DNA of 64,000 nucleotides, taken from assembly GCF_009834535.1 (NCBI RefSeq), contig NC_045697.1:88166001-88230000 (forward strand), read 5' to 3'. Source of the stretch: Camelus ferus. Its lineage: Eukaryota. Below are positions 39,613 through 52,141 of the stretch, piece after piece. Both the position numbers and the translations under genes were made by a program. Within the stretch, counting starts at the first letter, position 1, and every line of letters starts with the position of its first letter. The notes under the pieces are model-generated. The model made no database searches, was not told where the DNA came from, and worked only from the letters and a program-made list of their open reading frames with translations.

Positions 39613-40026
39613 TCTGTTAAATATCTAGGCTACATATACTTAATTTTTTTCATTTTCTAATGTTTTATAACTAATTTTCATCCATTCATAATCATTTAAA
39701 TGTCCTTAATGTTGAAAACATTTGGAGTTAATCTATCCTCAAATAGGTTCAATTTCCTGTCATTCTTCCCACTTATTAATATACAAATCCCTCTCAAGTT
39801 AAGTTGTAGTATATCCTGTGAGTAACTATTTGAGAAGTCCAAGATAAAGATTCTGTTTTCATTTTTAGAATTTTTTTTTAAATGGGGAATGGTACTCTTA
39901 TTCACTGATGGTGGAAATAAAAAATACTACCAGCGGTCTTGAAAACAGTTTGGAAGCATGTATCAAAAGATTTAAAAGATGATCTTTTGAAACATAAACC
40001 TGATTTCTAAAAGAAATAATTAGATA

Positions 40027-40970
40027 TGTTAGAAATTCTCAGTTCTGTCATCTGTGTCTTTCTTTCCTGTGTGTCTCCATCACTCTCACTACTACCTGAC
40101 TGGCAACACTTCTGACATCAGATGTGGCGTTTTTCCCCACACCAAGCAATTCTCTGACACCAGCTGGGCGTCCTAGAGTTTAACTCAATTCTAACCCCAT
40201 CCGCCTGGAGATGGTGTCACATCCCACAGGCTAACGGGTCAGTCCCACACGACTGCTGCCGCCTTTCTTCAGATGCTGATCACAAGTGGTAGGTTCCCAG
40301 GTTGACCACAACTTCTATTTACTTGACTGCAAGTCAGAGCATCCCACGACCTCCTCTTCCTTTGAATTTGATTAACTTGCTAGAGTAGAACTCAGGGAAA
40401 CACTAATGTTTACCAGTTTATCAAAGGATTTGATACAAGATACAGAGTAGCAGCCAGATAAAGAGATATGTAGGGCACATGGGGCCAGGTCTGGGAGGGT
40501 CCCAAAGACAGGAGCTTCCCATCCTTTTGGAGTTGGGGTGTGTCACCCTCCTGGTATGTAGATTGTTTGCCAGCCTTACAGCTCTTTAAACCCCATGCTA
40601 CTGGGATTTTTGTGGAAGTTTCATCACATAGGCATAATAAATCATAAAGTCCATTTTCAGCCCTACTTCTTGCTCATGAGAGTAGGGGGCAGGGCGAAAA
40701 ATTCCAAGCTTCTAATCATGACTTGGTCTTCCTGATCACCACCTTTCATCCAGTAGCCCACCAGGAGTAACCTCATTAGAACAAAGGATACTCCTATCAC
40801 CCGAGAAATTAAAGGATTTCAGGAGCCCTTTGTCAGGAGTCCAGGTCAAAGACCAAATATTAGAAGTACTGTTATCACCTAGGAAATTCAAGTGGTTTTA
40901 AGAGCACTGTGCCAGGAACCAGAGGCAGAGAACAATATGTATTATGTATATTTTCTTCTTTCATCTCACA
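40027..40970 (-). mobile_element. MER21-like solo LTR inserted in an old L1 fragment
   Basis: cacttctgacatcagatgtgg...caccaagcaattctctgacaccagctggg...gaactcagggaaacact, and a duplicated tatcacc..gaaatt..caggaacc/agtcc..ca(a/g)aga unit near 40790-40935. Confidence 0.85.
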
Positions 40971-41044
40971 TCAGACACTAGGACAAAATATATTGCTGAG
41001 AAATTAGTCATAGCATTTTAGTGAAAATTTAAATGAAAAGGACA

Positions 41045-41373
41045 GAGCTAGGACTAGTTCTGGAAATGGATGGATGCAGAATTTAAAAGTTGTTGTCAAT
41101 AATTCAGCCTTTCTTTGCATTTGATTCTGTTCTTCTTTATTTTTTATATGGTGGTCCCCAGAACAATATTTCTGTGTCTACCATTCATTGATTCAAGATG
41201 TTCAGATGTCCCCTCTTGAACAATTTTGTGGCCAGGGAGTAGAGAAATCTTGATTAGTTTAAACTAAATAGGATCTACCTCTGGCCCTTAGAGCAGATCG
41301 ATAGTTAAAATGAAATTTATCATAAGAAGGGATAATGTTTTCTAGGTGACAGAAACTAAAGATACCCTCTTCA
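41045..41373 (-). mobile_element. Old MaLR LTR fragment (MLT1K-like)
   Basis: gatgtcccctcttgaacaattttgtggccagggagtagagaaatcttgatt motif. Confidence 0.5.
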
Positions 41374-41485
41374 ATAATTATAAAAATTTGATAAATTACT
41401 ATGTATATGTTAAAGATCATATTGTTAAAAATATTTAGTTACATGAGAAAATACTTAAGATAAAATGTCACGTTAAAAAAGTGGT

Positions 41486-41670
41486 GGGAAGAGAGTATAT
41501 ATAGCTCAGTGATAGAGTGTATGCCTAGTGTACCGGAGGTCCTGGGTTCAATCCCCAGTACCTCCATTAAACAAACGAACAAACAAACCTAATTACCCAC
41601 TCCCCACCCCCCCAAAAAAGAAAAATAAAAACAAAAAATAATTTTAAAAAATAATTAAAAAAATAAAAAA
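41486..41670 (+). mobile_element. tRNA-Ala-derived SINE (camelid Vic-1-like)
   Basis: tatagctcagtgatagagtgtatgcctagtg...ggtcctgggttcaatccccagtacctcca, the aaacctaattacc linker and an A-rich tail. No TSD found. Confidence 0.9.
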
Positions 41671-41990
41671 CCAGGGGGAACAGCAAGTGTGAACACCTGA
41701 GGCAGAATCCATTTTTACCTGGGGAAAATGAAGAGTTATATGAGGTCAAGCATAATAAAGAAGGGGAAAAAAATCTATAAACAAAACCAGAGAAATAAGC
41801 AGAGCCCAGATCATGAAGCATCTTATAGACTACAGTAGTGACTTTAGTCTTTTTTCCCTAGTTCAGTGAAAGACTGAATAGGATTTTTAGCCAGAAGTTT
41901 GCATGACACAATAAATAGTTTTCAAGAACAATGTGACCAATGTGTGGAAAATGGATTAGAGAGGGGCAAGTGTAAAAGCAGGAATTAACA
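41671..41990 (-). mobile_element. L2 internal fragment
   Basis: ccagggggaacagcaagtgtgaacacctgaggcag...cagagcccagatcatgaagcatctt...gtgtggaaaatggattagagagggg. Confidence 0.7.
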
Positions 41991-44614
41991 AGATTTCCCT
42001 GGGAAAATCAGCAGCCTTGTATCTGTTTGGTTCTGTATTTAATCCACATTCAATGATCTCACCACTACTTTATTACCTATGTTCTGCCATTTGACACTCC
42101 ACCATGTGCACACCAGTTCCGTGAGGGCAGGGACCATGTCTACCCATATTTTCCACCTCTTCCCGTACCTAAGATATAGTGGGCAATATTTGTTTATAAA
42201 ACCTTTATGTGTGAGTTTCAAGACAAAGTTCAATACTGCAAAGACTTTATAACTGTTCTTTATGTTTTATGAAGACCACATATATTAGAAAGTTTTTTCT
42301 ATTAGCAAATATTACATTAAATAACAAAGTGATTCCATCTTATTAAACAGAGGATCTCTTTGGATCCTAAACCATTGATTCCATAGTTTTTGAGAAATTA
42401 CTGAACCCAGAGTATATCTGTGAGGATACCATCATGAATAATTTTAAAATAATAGCATTCAAGTAAAAATTTCCTCAAGTTACAGTATTATTCCAGAGGT
42501 CTTCCTGTGATTCATGGAATTTTATAGACAGATTCAACATAAAACCACTAAAAAGATAATAAAAACTTATTTTTTAATTGGTTTTCATGGCACTTTGTTT
42601 CCCTGATATTTAAGCATACACATACAGTTAATTTTTATTACCTCTATATACATAAAAATTGGAGAACAAAAAATATTAAGTTTCTTCTAAGCAAAAAGCC
42701 CTAAGCACTTAATATTTAGCAAAATCCTTTGTAACAGATACTAATATCCCTATTTTGAAAAAAAAAATGTAGAAGAGAAAGTTCCTCAGGGTCATCTGGT
42801 TAACTCGTGAATTTACCCTTGTTCTGTACATATATTGATGCATCATAATTTAAAATTTTAATGTTCTTGCTGTGGTTTCAGATATTTTCGGTGAGCATTA
42901 GCATCTTTTATTCTGGATGAGGTGCTTCTCTTCTAAACCCTTAAAGCATTTCGCTCATACCTCTGTCACCATCCTCATTCTATTGGACTTAACGCACATA
43001 GCAGGCACTTAGTGAATGTTTTAAAATAAATGATTATTTAAAATAATTTATTTTTCCATGGTAGCAGATAGGAACAGCAAAGCACTGTCAGTTGTGGGAA
43101 ACCGTCGGTGAGGCAGAATAACATGATTTGCCAGTACTAGTCCCTGGAAAGAAGAATCTGAAGTATATTAAAACACACACACATACAATATGTGGCGTAT
43201 GTTTTTATGAAACATGACTGTTATGGTATTACTTTAAGGAAGCCTCCTTGGAACTGATCTCAATTACATGCTCTTGAAGAAAAAAAGTAAGACTTGGGGG
43301 GATGGAGTGCATATAGGCAATTTGGCATCGTTTGTCTTTGGATAGCATTTCAGCCAAAAGAGACTCAAGACTGTGGCCAAGTATCATTTAATGTCACTTG
43401 TGGGCATTTCAAAAATTTCATGGAAAATATAGTTCTCAGGTTTCTTATTTAATAACATGGGCAGTTGCCAGTGATGGGAAAATGCCAAGCCTATTTCACT
43501 TTTGAGGTCCCAAAATCTAATTTAATCAAAATCAAATTTCATCATATCCCATGAAATAGTTGCTACTGAAGACTCCTAGAAGTGTGTTACTGACACACAC
43601 ATATATACTTGCAGAAATAATACTAAAAACTTATTTCAACCTCAGTATTGTTTTGTTTGTGCAATCAAATTTAGTTTAAATGGATTTTGGTTCCTTGGCA
43701 AAAATTTGATATGCAGAAAAAGGAAAGGTGAATTTTCTAATGAGACCCTAGAAAACTCAGGTTTTGAGTTAAAAGACACAAAATTAATTCAATTTATTCA
43801 AAAAATACTGCAAAGTAGTTTAAGTTTATTTATTTACCTAGTAAAGTGTTGCGGTTCTAATTTAGTCAACATATGCCTTTTAACTGCTCACCTGGTGCTT
43901 TGAGTACTCAACTAAAAAGATGCTGGATCACAGCACTGTGCTGTCACAAGTTTTCACCTATCTATTGATGATTTTGATTGGATTTGATTTTGATCTGTTG
44001 GAATAAAACTGAATAGATAGTTGTTTATATGGATGTAATATTTTTCTCATAAAATAATCACATTTATTCCTCAAACTGCTCCAAGCCGGGAAAAAAAAAA
44101 AAACAGCTCATCTAAAGATTTCCTAGTAGCCTCTGAGGAAATAATTTAGTGGCATCAACCTCAGCCTAACATGCAAATTACTCTTTCTCATTTTTGTTTT
44201 ATTTCCCCGTTCTTCTCCCTTTTCTTCTAGCTTTCAAAGGTCTTTCGATTGTTTCTTTATTTACCTTTTCTCCTCCTCTAGACACTATGATTTCTGGGGA
44301 AGCTTGGATTAATGTAATTTAATGCTTTCTATACAGTATTATGCACAAATGAGCTGACCAAAAGCATAAAGTCATTCAGTGACAAAGCCTACAGCTGGAA
44401 GGCTTTAGTTTCCTCGATGTCTCCATGAACCGTCAGTCCAGGGTGGGGCCCCGTAATTCTCATGTTTTCTGTCTTTTGTCATTTCTGAGAGTTTCTCTGA
44501 ACTAATCCTACTTAACAGGGCTTACAGACAAAATTTCAGAGCAGACCTCTTCAAAGCTGACTGACATGAGCAGAGGCGAGCTAGGAGAAGTTACAGACAA
44601 GAAAGCCAATGGCA

Positions 44615-44679
44615 CTGCTCTCCTCTCTCTCTCTCTCCTGCTCTCCTCTCTCTCTCTCTCCCCTCCTCTCTCCCCCTCT
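44615..44679. repeat. (CT)-rich polypyrimidine tract with a duplicated ctgctctcctctctctctctctc unit
   Basis: Read directly. Confidence 0.9.
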
Positions 44680-44900
44680 GTCGTATTTACTCTTCATGAT
44701 GCACACAAGCCCCCTTCACCTTCTGTGCAGAGTTAACTTCAAATTTCCTCTAGCATCGTCCAAAAATGAGCACTGAGCATTTTAACTCCATAACTTTATT
44801 TTTGTCAAGTCAGGTTGCTTGGTCTTTAGCAAAAGGCTCCTGTTAATACGTAATTTCCACTGCTGCTTATTTAATGATGTGCTTACCTCTCTCATTCCCA

Positions 44901-44901
<1 letters not shown>

Positions 44902-44943
<42 letters not shown>
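44902..44943. repeat. (AC)21 microsatellite
   Basis: Read directly. Confidence 0.97.
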
Positions 44944-44945
<2 letters not shown>

Positions 44946-46497
44946 GCCTCCTAACGTTTTCACTCTTAGGGCCACCTGCACTACAAAGACTAGGAACAAA
45001 GGTTCTTGCAATCTTATGTCCACTCAGCCCTGGGAGGGGTCACACACTCCCCATCCTCAACTATTTGGTGTCAGCTTCCATAGCATTAGCCCCCGTCCTG
45101 CTTTCCACTTCGGCTAGCATTATTAGTTAATTAGTGCATTTTAACTGTTGCCTTCTGGAAATAAAAATCTCAGTTTTGAGTTTCAAGCCAAAAGAAAGTT
45201 TAATTTATTTTAAATTCAGCACATTGGAGGTGAAATTAAAGATAAACAAAACTCTTCTGTATCTCTTTAGTTTAAGTCAAATCATGTAGGTAGAATTCAA
45301 ATCAGCTGTACATTACTAAAGGCATAAAAGTAATGTGTATTAATTATTATTTTTAAATCTTCTGAAAGGTTAAAGAGTAATATTACAAATATGAGTGAAA
45401 TTACCCAAGTGCAAGACTTGGAAAAGGAACAGCTCTAAGATGGAGGCTGTAGCAGTAGACTCTTCTCGTATTCAAAATTAAGTTGCTTAACTTCTCAAAG
45501 CTTCAGTGTCCTTTACTGTGAAAGGAGGAGAATAGTTCTGAAGATTAAAAGAAATAATTTCTATCAAAGGCCCCGAGAAAACGAACATAAAAATGGTCTG
45601 CTGTTATTTAGCAAATAAGTTGAAATGATCTACCACACACATACAGCCCAGTGCTAACCTTCCTAGCAAATAGAATAATAGAAATAAATCAAAACCTACC
45701 TCTATGCACATATTGTACCCACTCTAGTGGAAGAGACAGAGTATATGGAATTTCTCAAATATAACACAAGACACACGACAGGAGGACCTCTTACAGAGAT
45801 GTCATAAGATGCTGTGAGAACCGAGGCTTGGAGACAGTGATATTTCTTGGGGTTCTGGGAAGTTTCCTGAAGGAACTAATTTTCGATCTGAGCCTGAAAA
45901 AGGGAAGGAGGTGTGGGGTGGGGAGTTTATTTACATAATGACAATTACAACTAGCAAGTTGGTAATATCAAAATGATGAGAGTCAGCTAGCTGATTGGCT
46001 CCAGGTGGCCGACATGCTGTCTTTATTATTTTCAGGATAGAGCTGTGACTAGGGGAAAAGACTGAACTGAAAAAAGAAGTGTTCACTCACAGTAAGTATA
46101 CACGTGGCATTCTTAAAGGATTAACCAGTTTTGATAGAGTTGGTAGAAATTAGGTTGCCAAATCTAAAAGAAGATTCTTACAGAAATTATTGGGCCATAA
46201 TAAATGTCATGTCATTAGGTCATACAGTAGAATAATTAAATTAAAAAGTGTGCTTTTTGTACTCATGTGTTTATAATGGATCTACTTCTAGCCTCTGTGT
46301 CCATAGGCATAACTTAGGCTAGTATGTCCTAATAGCTTTAAATTGCTTTATTTAAACTAATTTTCCAATTGCAGTATGTGTACAGGGATTTCCTTTTCTT
46401 TCAAGCAGTTTGCTAAGAAGCAACCTTACATCTGATTCTCAGAAAGTCCTTTTCTGGCTTACACATCTCTCCTAACAGTCCTTGAGTTTAGACGATT

Positions 46498-46644
46498 TGA
46501 ATCCCACATGTGGAGGAAACGTTTATAGGTGAGACCTGATCTGCCTCTAAACAAACCGAGAGGCATAGACAATGTTTTCAGAGGAGGAGGGGAGGGCAGA
46601 GCATAGAAAATGGGGGCGGGGCTCTGGGACTTGGTTTCCATTGG
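46498..46644 (-). promoter_or_regulatory. Candidate Pol II core promoter (CCAAT, GC box, TATA, Inr)
   Basis: CCAAT on the minus strand at 46640-46644, GGGGCGGGGC at 46613-46622, TATAAA on the minus strand at 46522-46527, Inr TCAAATC with its A at 46498. Motif evidence only. Confidence 0.3.
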
Positions 46645-48779
46645 TAACTGCCTATTGAATCTAGAATGTACATGTGTATATTGGTGGTCACTATTGCCTT
46701 AGGTCAGTATATCCAGCATACAGCTATGCATATGACATCAGTGGTCCATTCTGACACCGAAAAAGACTATCCTTTTCTTTGAAGGGAGAGGAAATGGTAC
46801 AATCTAAAATTACACCATTGTCCCAGCTGGGGTGGGAGTGCAAGTGGAGCAAATATCTAGGTGCATGCAAGCCTTTCTTCTGCCCTCCGTGATGTTGATC
46901 AAATTATTTAAAATGTTCAAATCCCAGTGTTCTTGTATTTTTATGGGAATGATGTTTACACCAGTATAATAGGGCTATTGTGAATATGAAATTGTACAAT
47001 GTGTATAAAGCACTTAGCACAGCTCCTGGTACAATAAAAGTCAGTCAGGATTATAAAAATTAATTTTTAAATATAAATATCATTTTAATGACAGTGCATA
47101 AATACAGGGCCTGAATGCCGGAAAGACAAGAGAAGAGCTATAACTTAGGGGAAGTTATATGGTGAATGCCATGTAGGGGAGATACCCACTCATTCTACTA
47201 TTGAAATGGAGAGTATATATCAGTACTTTACTCAGAAGTAGATGTCTGTTATGATTTAATTTGGTCTTTCTCATCACAAAAATCATATAAATGTTTCTCT
47301 TGATAATTAACAAAATAATTCCATTTGCAAAGCCTTTTTGAACTAAATTCTAGGAAAATGAGAGCATCCCTAAGAGGGAGCTGTAGAGATGAAACCACTA
47401 AGTTTCTCTTTGACTTAGAAAAAATAACTGCCTCTCAATTTCTTAAATTGTGTAGATACCTAATTCTAATAACTAAAATATTTCAATATTATTTTTAAAA
47501 TGTTATTGTTAAAGTTATATAGTGTCTTCAAAAAATTACAACTTATTAAAAGGCCTTAGACTTCCCAATGTATTTCCTCGAAAAAATAAAGCACTCGGAA
47601 TGAAAATGTTATTGCAATCATCCTTAACATCTGAGATTCTTTTTGAAAATTAGGAGGGACCGTATGTCGAAAGCACATTAGCCAGGTACATCTCATTCAT
47701 TGTTGCTTAGCAGACACCTCAGGAAAAAAACAGTGGCAGGAGACCTGGCTGACTGAAACACTGAGAGAAATCATACACAGAGGAAGTGTTCTATTTCCTT
47801 TGTTCTTTATGTGTTCTATAAATATTTCATGTATTTATTAAAGCTGTGTTATTGCTGGAAGCCAGCCTTCTCCCTTGTTTAATTCTTTCCCCATCCTTGA
47901 AGGCTAGAAACGTTTGAAAAATAGGGAGTCTGCATTCCATGTGCGTGTTTTGTTAATAGACAACACATGAAAGCTAGAGATGAAATTTTCTTAAAAGGAA
48001 GAGAAAGGGAAATATTTAGGATGACTGGAAAGAAAAAAGAGTCTCACATTAAAGTCTCACAATACCCTTGAGGTGACCTTGAAACAATGGCTTTTATCAA
48101 AATTCTGTGAATTGAAAATAGGAGCAGTTCCAAAGAAATGAGAGTCAGCCTTTTCTTCTCACTGCTATGTTTGTCTGCCTTGTTCCACGTGGCGGGAAAG
48201 TCACGGCTTGAGGGGCTTCGTTAGAAAGCTGCCTGCGGGTGGTTCACCGTCAGCTGTATTTATTCCAGCGCTAAAAGGGAAGATTTCCTGTTTAAATAGT
48301 GTGCATCTTGGAGGACGAGGGACCACTATAGGAAACATCAACAAAACCATCCCATTCACTAACATTTAAACCCCAATGCTGGAATAATGGAAGGAATCAA
48401 TAAATCAGAAGTCAACATGGAGTTCTTGTCCTTTGGGGACCCTGATGATCCTGTTGTTTCAGTCGCGTCTGGGCTGTGAAATGAACAGAAACAAGTGGAA
48501 ACATTCCATCTGGTCTTTGGCGAACACTGGCTTCAGCTTTTCTCTTTCACTCATGAACATCACAGCAGGACTATATGATGTTCTATTTAATCTCAACACA
48601 ATGCCATATGTTTCCTAAAACAGAGCATTGGTAAGTTGAAAAGCTGTGAGTTTCTTCACATTGGGGGAAAAATAGTGCAAGACAAAAGCAGAACCCAAAA
48701 CCAATCTACACAGATTAAAAAGTGCCAAAATGCATGATGAATTCCATGCAGTGCTGTGTCCTCTGTAGAAAGTACCTAC

Positions 48780-49000
48780 GCTGTTTAATATGTGCCCGAC
48801 AATGTGATAAGCACTGGATGTGCAAGATCTTGTTTATCTTCAAACAATTTTTTGAGTTTCCATTTTACTGAGGAGGAAACTGAGACTTAGAGAGGTTGAG
48901 TCCTGTCCAAATTCCAGAGCTAATACAGAGGAAAGCCTGAATTCCAACCCACACTGGTCAGATTCGGCACCTAAGCACTTAGCCACTACACATCCTCCAA
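48780..49000 (-). mobile_element. MIR SINE
   Basis: ccattttactgaggaggaaactgagacttagagaggttgagtcctgtccaa core. Confidence 0.85.
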
Positions 49001-49146
49001 TTAGAAGTTATATGGCTGTGCTTATTTAAGAACAAGGCTGGTTTAGCCTTTGTTACCAAAGTTCTTCTAAAGACATTTGTCCTCACTGACTGACACACCT
49101 ATCTCCTGGAACCACAGAATCACAGCAGCTCAAAGGTATTTAATAC

Positions 49147-49252
49147 TGGTGTTACACCATATGATGCCCAGTCTTCGAAACCGGGATACTTTTGTGAAGC
49201 GAAGAATGTGCTAATAATACTTGGCTAAGAAAATAGGTATAAACTTGGAATG
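49147..49252. mobile_element. MER81-like hAT-Blackjack MITE fragment
   Basis: aaaccgggatacttttgtgaagcgaag...gctaataata...aggtataaacttgga. Confidence 0.6.
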
Positions 49253-49329
49253 TTTCTTCCTTCTACTTGCAGGCGATCTTGACCCATCATCTTATGATTA
49301 ATGGATTTTCTATTATTATACTAATATTA

Positions 49330-49530
49330 AGAACTACAATTGAGTACTTGCTGCTAAGATCCAAATTTGTTTATATACATTGTCTCCATCATTTGCACCA
49401 ATTCTTCAGGTAGGAATTATTAGCTCCATTTTACAGATGAGAGGACAGAGATTCAGAGCAGACAGGTGAGTTGTGAAAGGGCATTTAATTGTTAACAGGC
49501 AAAACTGGGATTCAATACCAGGTTTTGAAC
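49330..49530 (-). mobile_element. MIR SINE
   Basis: ggtaggaattattagctccattttacagatgagaggacagagattcagag...ctgggattcaa. Confidence 0.85.
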
Positions 49531-50156
49531 ATTACCCCTTATTGCTTTTCTTTTGTTTTCTCTTGTTTCCTACACCCCAAGGAAAATTTTAGTCATGTAA
49601 AATTCATCTCTTCTCGGGGGAAACTTTGGTAGATAACCCATTTAAACATAGTATCAAAACAGCAGAATAAGCAAACCTGACTATCTTCCTTCCCACTTCA
49701 AATTCTTAGAAATGACAGAATTTGGATTTTAAAAGGAAGAGGTCAATATTATCACTGGCAAACGATAAATAGTGCCACCAGGAAGCTGGACACTTTGGGG
49801 AATTTCAAAAAATATAGAGTATATGGGATCAGGTTGTCCATACAGCCACAGCTCAAGCTATTCTGGGGAAGGGCTACTGCAGAGGTGGGGGTGAGTCTAG
49901 GGCACAACATGCTCAGAGACACAGGATGCAGAGCAGAGCGTTCCTTTTGGCAATTGCAGGGATGAATCACTGGGACCCTGGCTCCGAAAAATTAATAGAA
50001 TGGCACCTATGTTTTTGCTGATTAATAGGCAGCAGAGTTTCCCTTCTAAGTGAAAGCCATGAGGATGTGGCCACCTGGGAGGAAGGACGGGGCAAGACTG
50101 ATACGCAGCTGGGACAGACCAGCTAAACCAGTTGTTTAAATATTGTAGGGCTTTTC

Positions 50157-50236
50157 CTGAAAAATTGTGTTCTACACTGGAAATTGCCACAACATTGTAA
50201 AATAACTATAACTCAATAAAAAATGTTAAAAAAAAA
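50157..50236 (+). mobile_element. Young, heavily 5'-truncated L1 (80 bp)
   Basis: L1 3' terminus (acactggaaattgccacaacattgtaaaataactataactcaataaa) plus A-tail. Perfect 15-bp TSD attgtagggcttttc at 50142-50156 and 50237-50251. Confidence 0.88.
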
Positions 50237-50449
50237 ATTGTAGGGCTTTTCAAGTTATTCAATCAACACTACTCTTGGCCCCAAAAATTCCTCCGTCGCC
50301 CAGCCTCCCAAGCATTTCTTCCAGGACCCTTAGATCTCCGTATGATTCAGCAACCAAAGAGTAAGTCTGGGACTACAAGGGGCTGCAAGACCCCAGTCTG
50401 GTGCTCTGGCCACTGTCCGTTCTGACGACTCAGTCTCCGTGCCATGTAA

Positions 50450-50787
50450 GGGAGAGTAGGCAGTAACAGACTTCTCAGATATTAGCTTTCTCCTTTCTCA
50501 CTGCATATCCCTTTATGGGTAGAAGTGGCTGTATCACTTGCTTAAAGCCAATAAAATGTGTAAGGAAGTGACATGTATCACTCCAGGATGGGAACATTTA
50601 GAAAACATACTCTGCACCTTCCGTTGTGAACCCTGAAGCTTCATATAGAAATGTTAGACTCACAACCAGACAGAGCCCCTGTCAGCCTGGGTGCCTGAAG
50701 GACTATGATAATTATTTATTGTTTGATGTCACTGAGATCTAGGGATTGGCTATTAAAATACCAAAACAAAGCCTGACTTAAATCTAC
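50450..50787 (+). mobile_element. Old MaLR LTR (MLT1I/H-like)
   Basis: gccaataaaatgtgtaaggaagtgacatgtatcactcc...gtcagcctgggtgcctga...cactgagatctaggg. Confidence 0.7.
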
Positions 50788-51099
50788 GAGCAGTTAAGTA
50801 CTTTGGAGCATCCAAGAGGAAGGGGGTTGCTACTTACCCAGAAGCCACGGTCAGTGCAATCTGCAGCCTCCTCTGGCTTTTCCCTCAGAAGTGGCATCCA
50901 CCAGTGATCAGGAGTTCTCTAGTATAAAGATGGCCAATGAATAAACAACATCAAAAAGAGTTAAAAAATATTAGGAAGGCTTGATCGACTGTGGAGATAG
51001 ATTTGAAAATTCCCACATCCCCTTCAGAGTTATTTAGAAGGACGGATCAAAGGATATGAAGCAAGAGAACTAATCCTCAGGACTTAGGTAAGATCTGTG

Positions 51100-51370
51100 T
51101 CTGATTTAAAATGACCCTCTAAGAGCTACACAATATAAATAAACAAAAAACAAACTCACTTATACCTTCTTAAGAAATTTCAAAACTATAACAGAGAGAA
51201 ATTTCTAAACGCTGTTGAGGAGCCTGAAAAAAAGAAAAAAGGAAAGGCTCGACAAACAAGAATAAGCTGTTACTGTCATTGTTTTATTTGAAGCTCTGGA
51301 ATCTAAAAGACTGTGGAGTATTGGTTTCAAATTTTTGAAAAGGAATTTTGATTCTAGAAATCCATCCCGA
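51100..51370 (+). mobile_element. Old L1/HAL1 ORF1 C-terminal remnant
   Basis: gaaatttcaaaactataacagagagaaatttctaaa...aaagactgtggagtattggtttcaaattttgaaaagg...attctagaa. Confidence 0.5.
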
Positions 51371-51381
51371 GTAGTGATTGC

Positions 51382-51890
51382 TGTAGATATACTGAATTCA
51401 GCAGAAATTTGAATCCAGTGACTTGAATAAAGCTTTCACTTAACAAGATGTATCATAGTAGTGCAACAACTTCTCAACACCATTAACATCCCAAGCTCCT
51501 TCTGTCTAAAGACCACCGTCCTTTGGATGTGGATGTGATTTTGCATTTTCCTATGCGTCTCACAGTCATAATTCTTGTCTCACATTCATTCATCATTCTT
51601 GTCTCACATCTGCATTCCAGGACCTAAGAGGAAGGTAAAAGGGATAAAAAGCCCTTATATTGGAAACTCTATTCAATATGATGCCCACATTGAAAAGTAA
51701 TCCTTCCTAGACTTGCCCAGAAGACTTTTGCCTCCAACGCTGTGGCCAGATCTGTGTTCCATGCACCCCTAGTTTCAGAAAAGGCTGGAAGTTAGCTTTT
51801 AAGAAGACACAGTCTGCTTTAAACAGAGTTGAGGTTAAAATAGCAGGAGAAATGAGAGTGAATATTGGGTAGGAAGTCAGTGGCATCTGC
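51382..51890 (-). mobile_element. Old MaLR LTR (MLT1J-like)
   Basis: cacatctgcattccagg...cagaagacttttgcctcc...tggccagatctgtgttccatg...aaggctggaa...gaatattgggtagg. Confidence 0.7.
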
Positions 51891-52141
51891 TTGTGGTTTT
51901 CTTTTGTGTGACACGGCAGTTCTGATCATTCTCTCCTTTGTGGCACACACTAGTGAACAAAGGTTGAGATGTTGACCTACATATCTGGAAATAAAGGTTA
52001 CATGACACTTGCACAAAGTACGTATGAAGGATTCCCTGTGAATCATGAGCTAAACATAAAATTATGAAAGTAGTATAATTTTAACATTAAGGATTTTACA
52101 AAATAATCCAAAACTCAGAATGCTTAAAAACTGACATTGTT

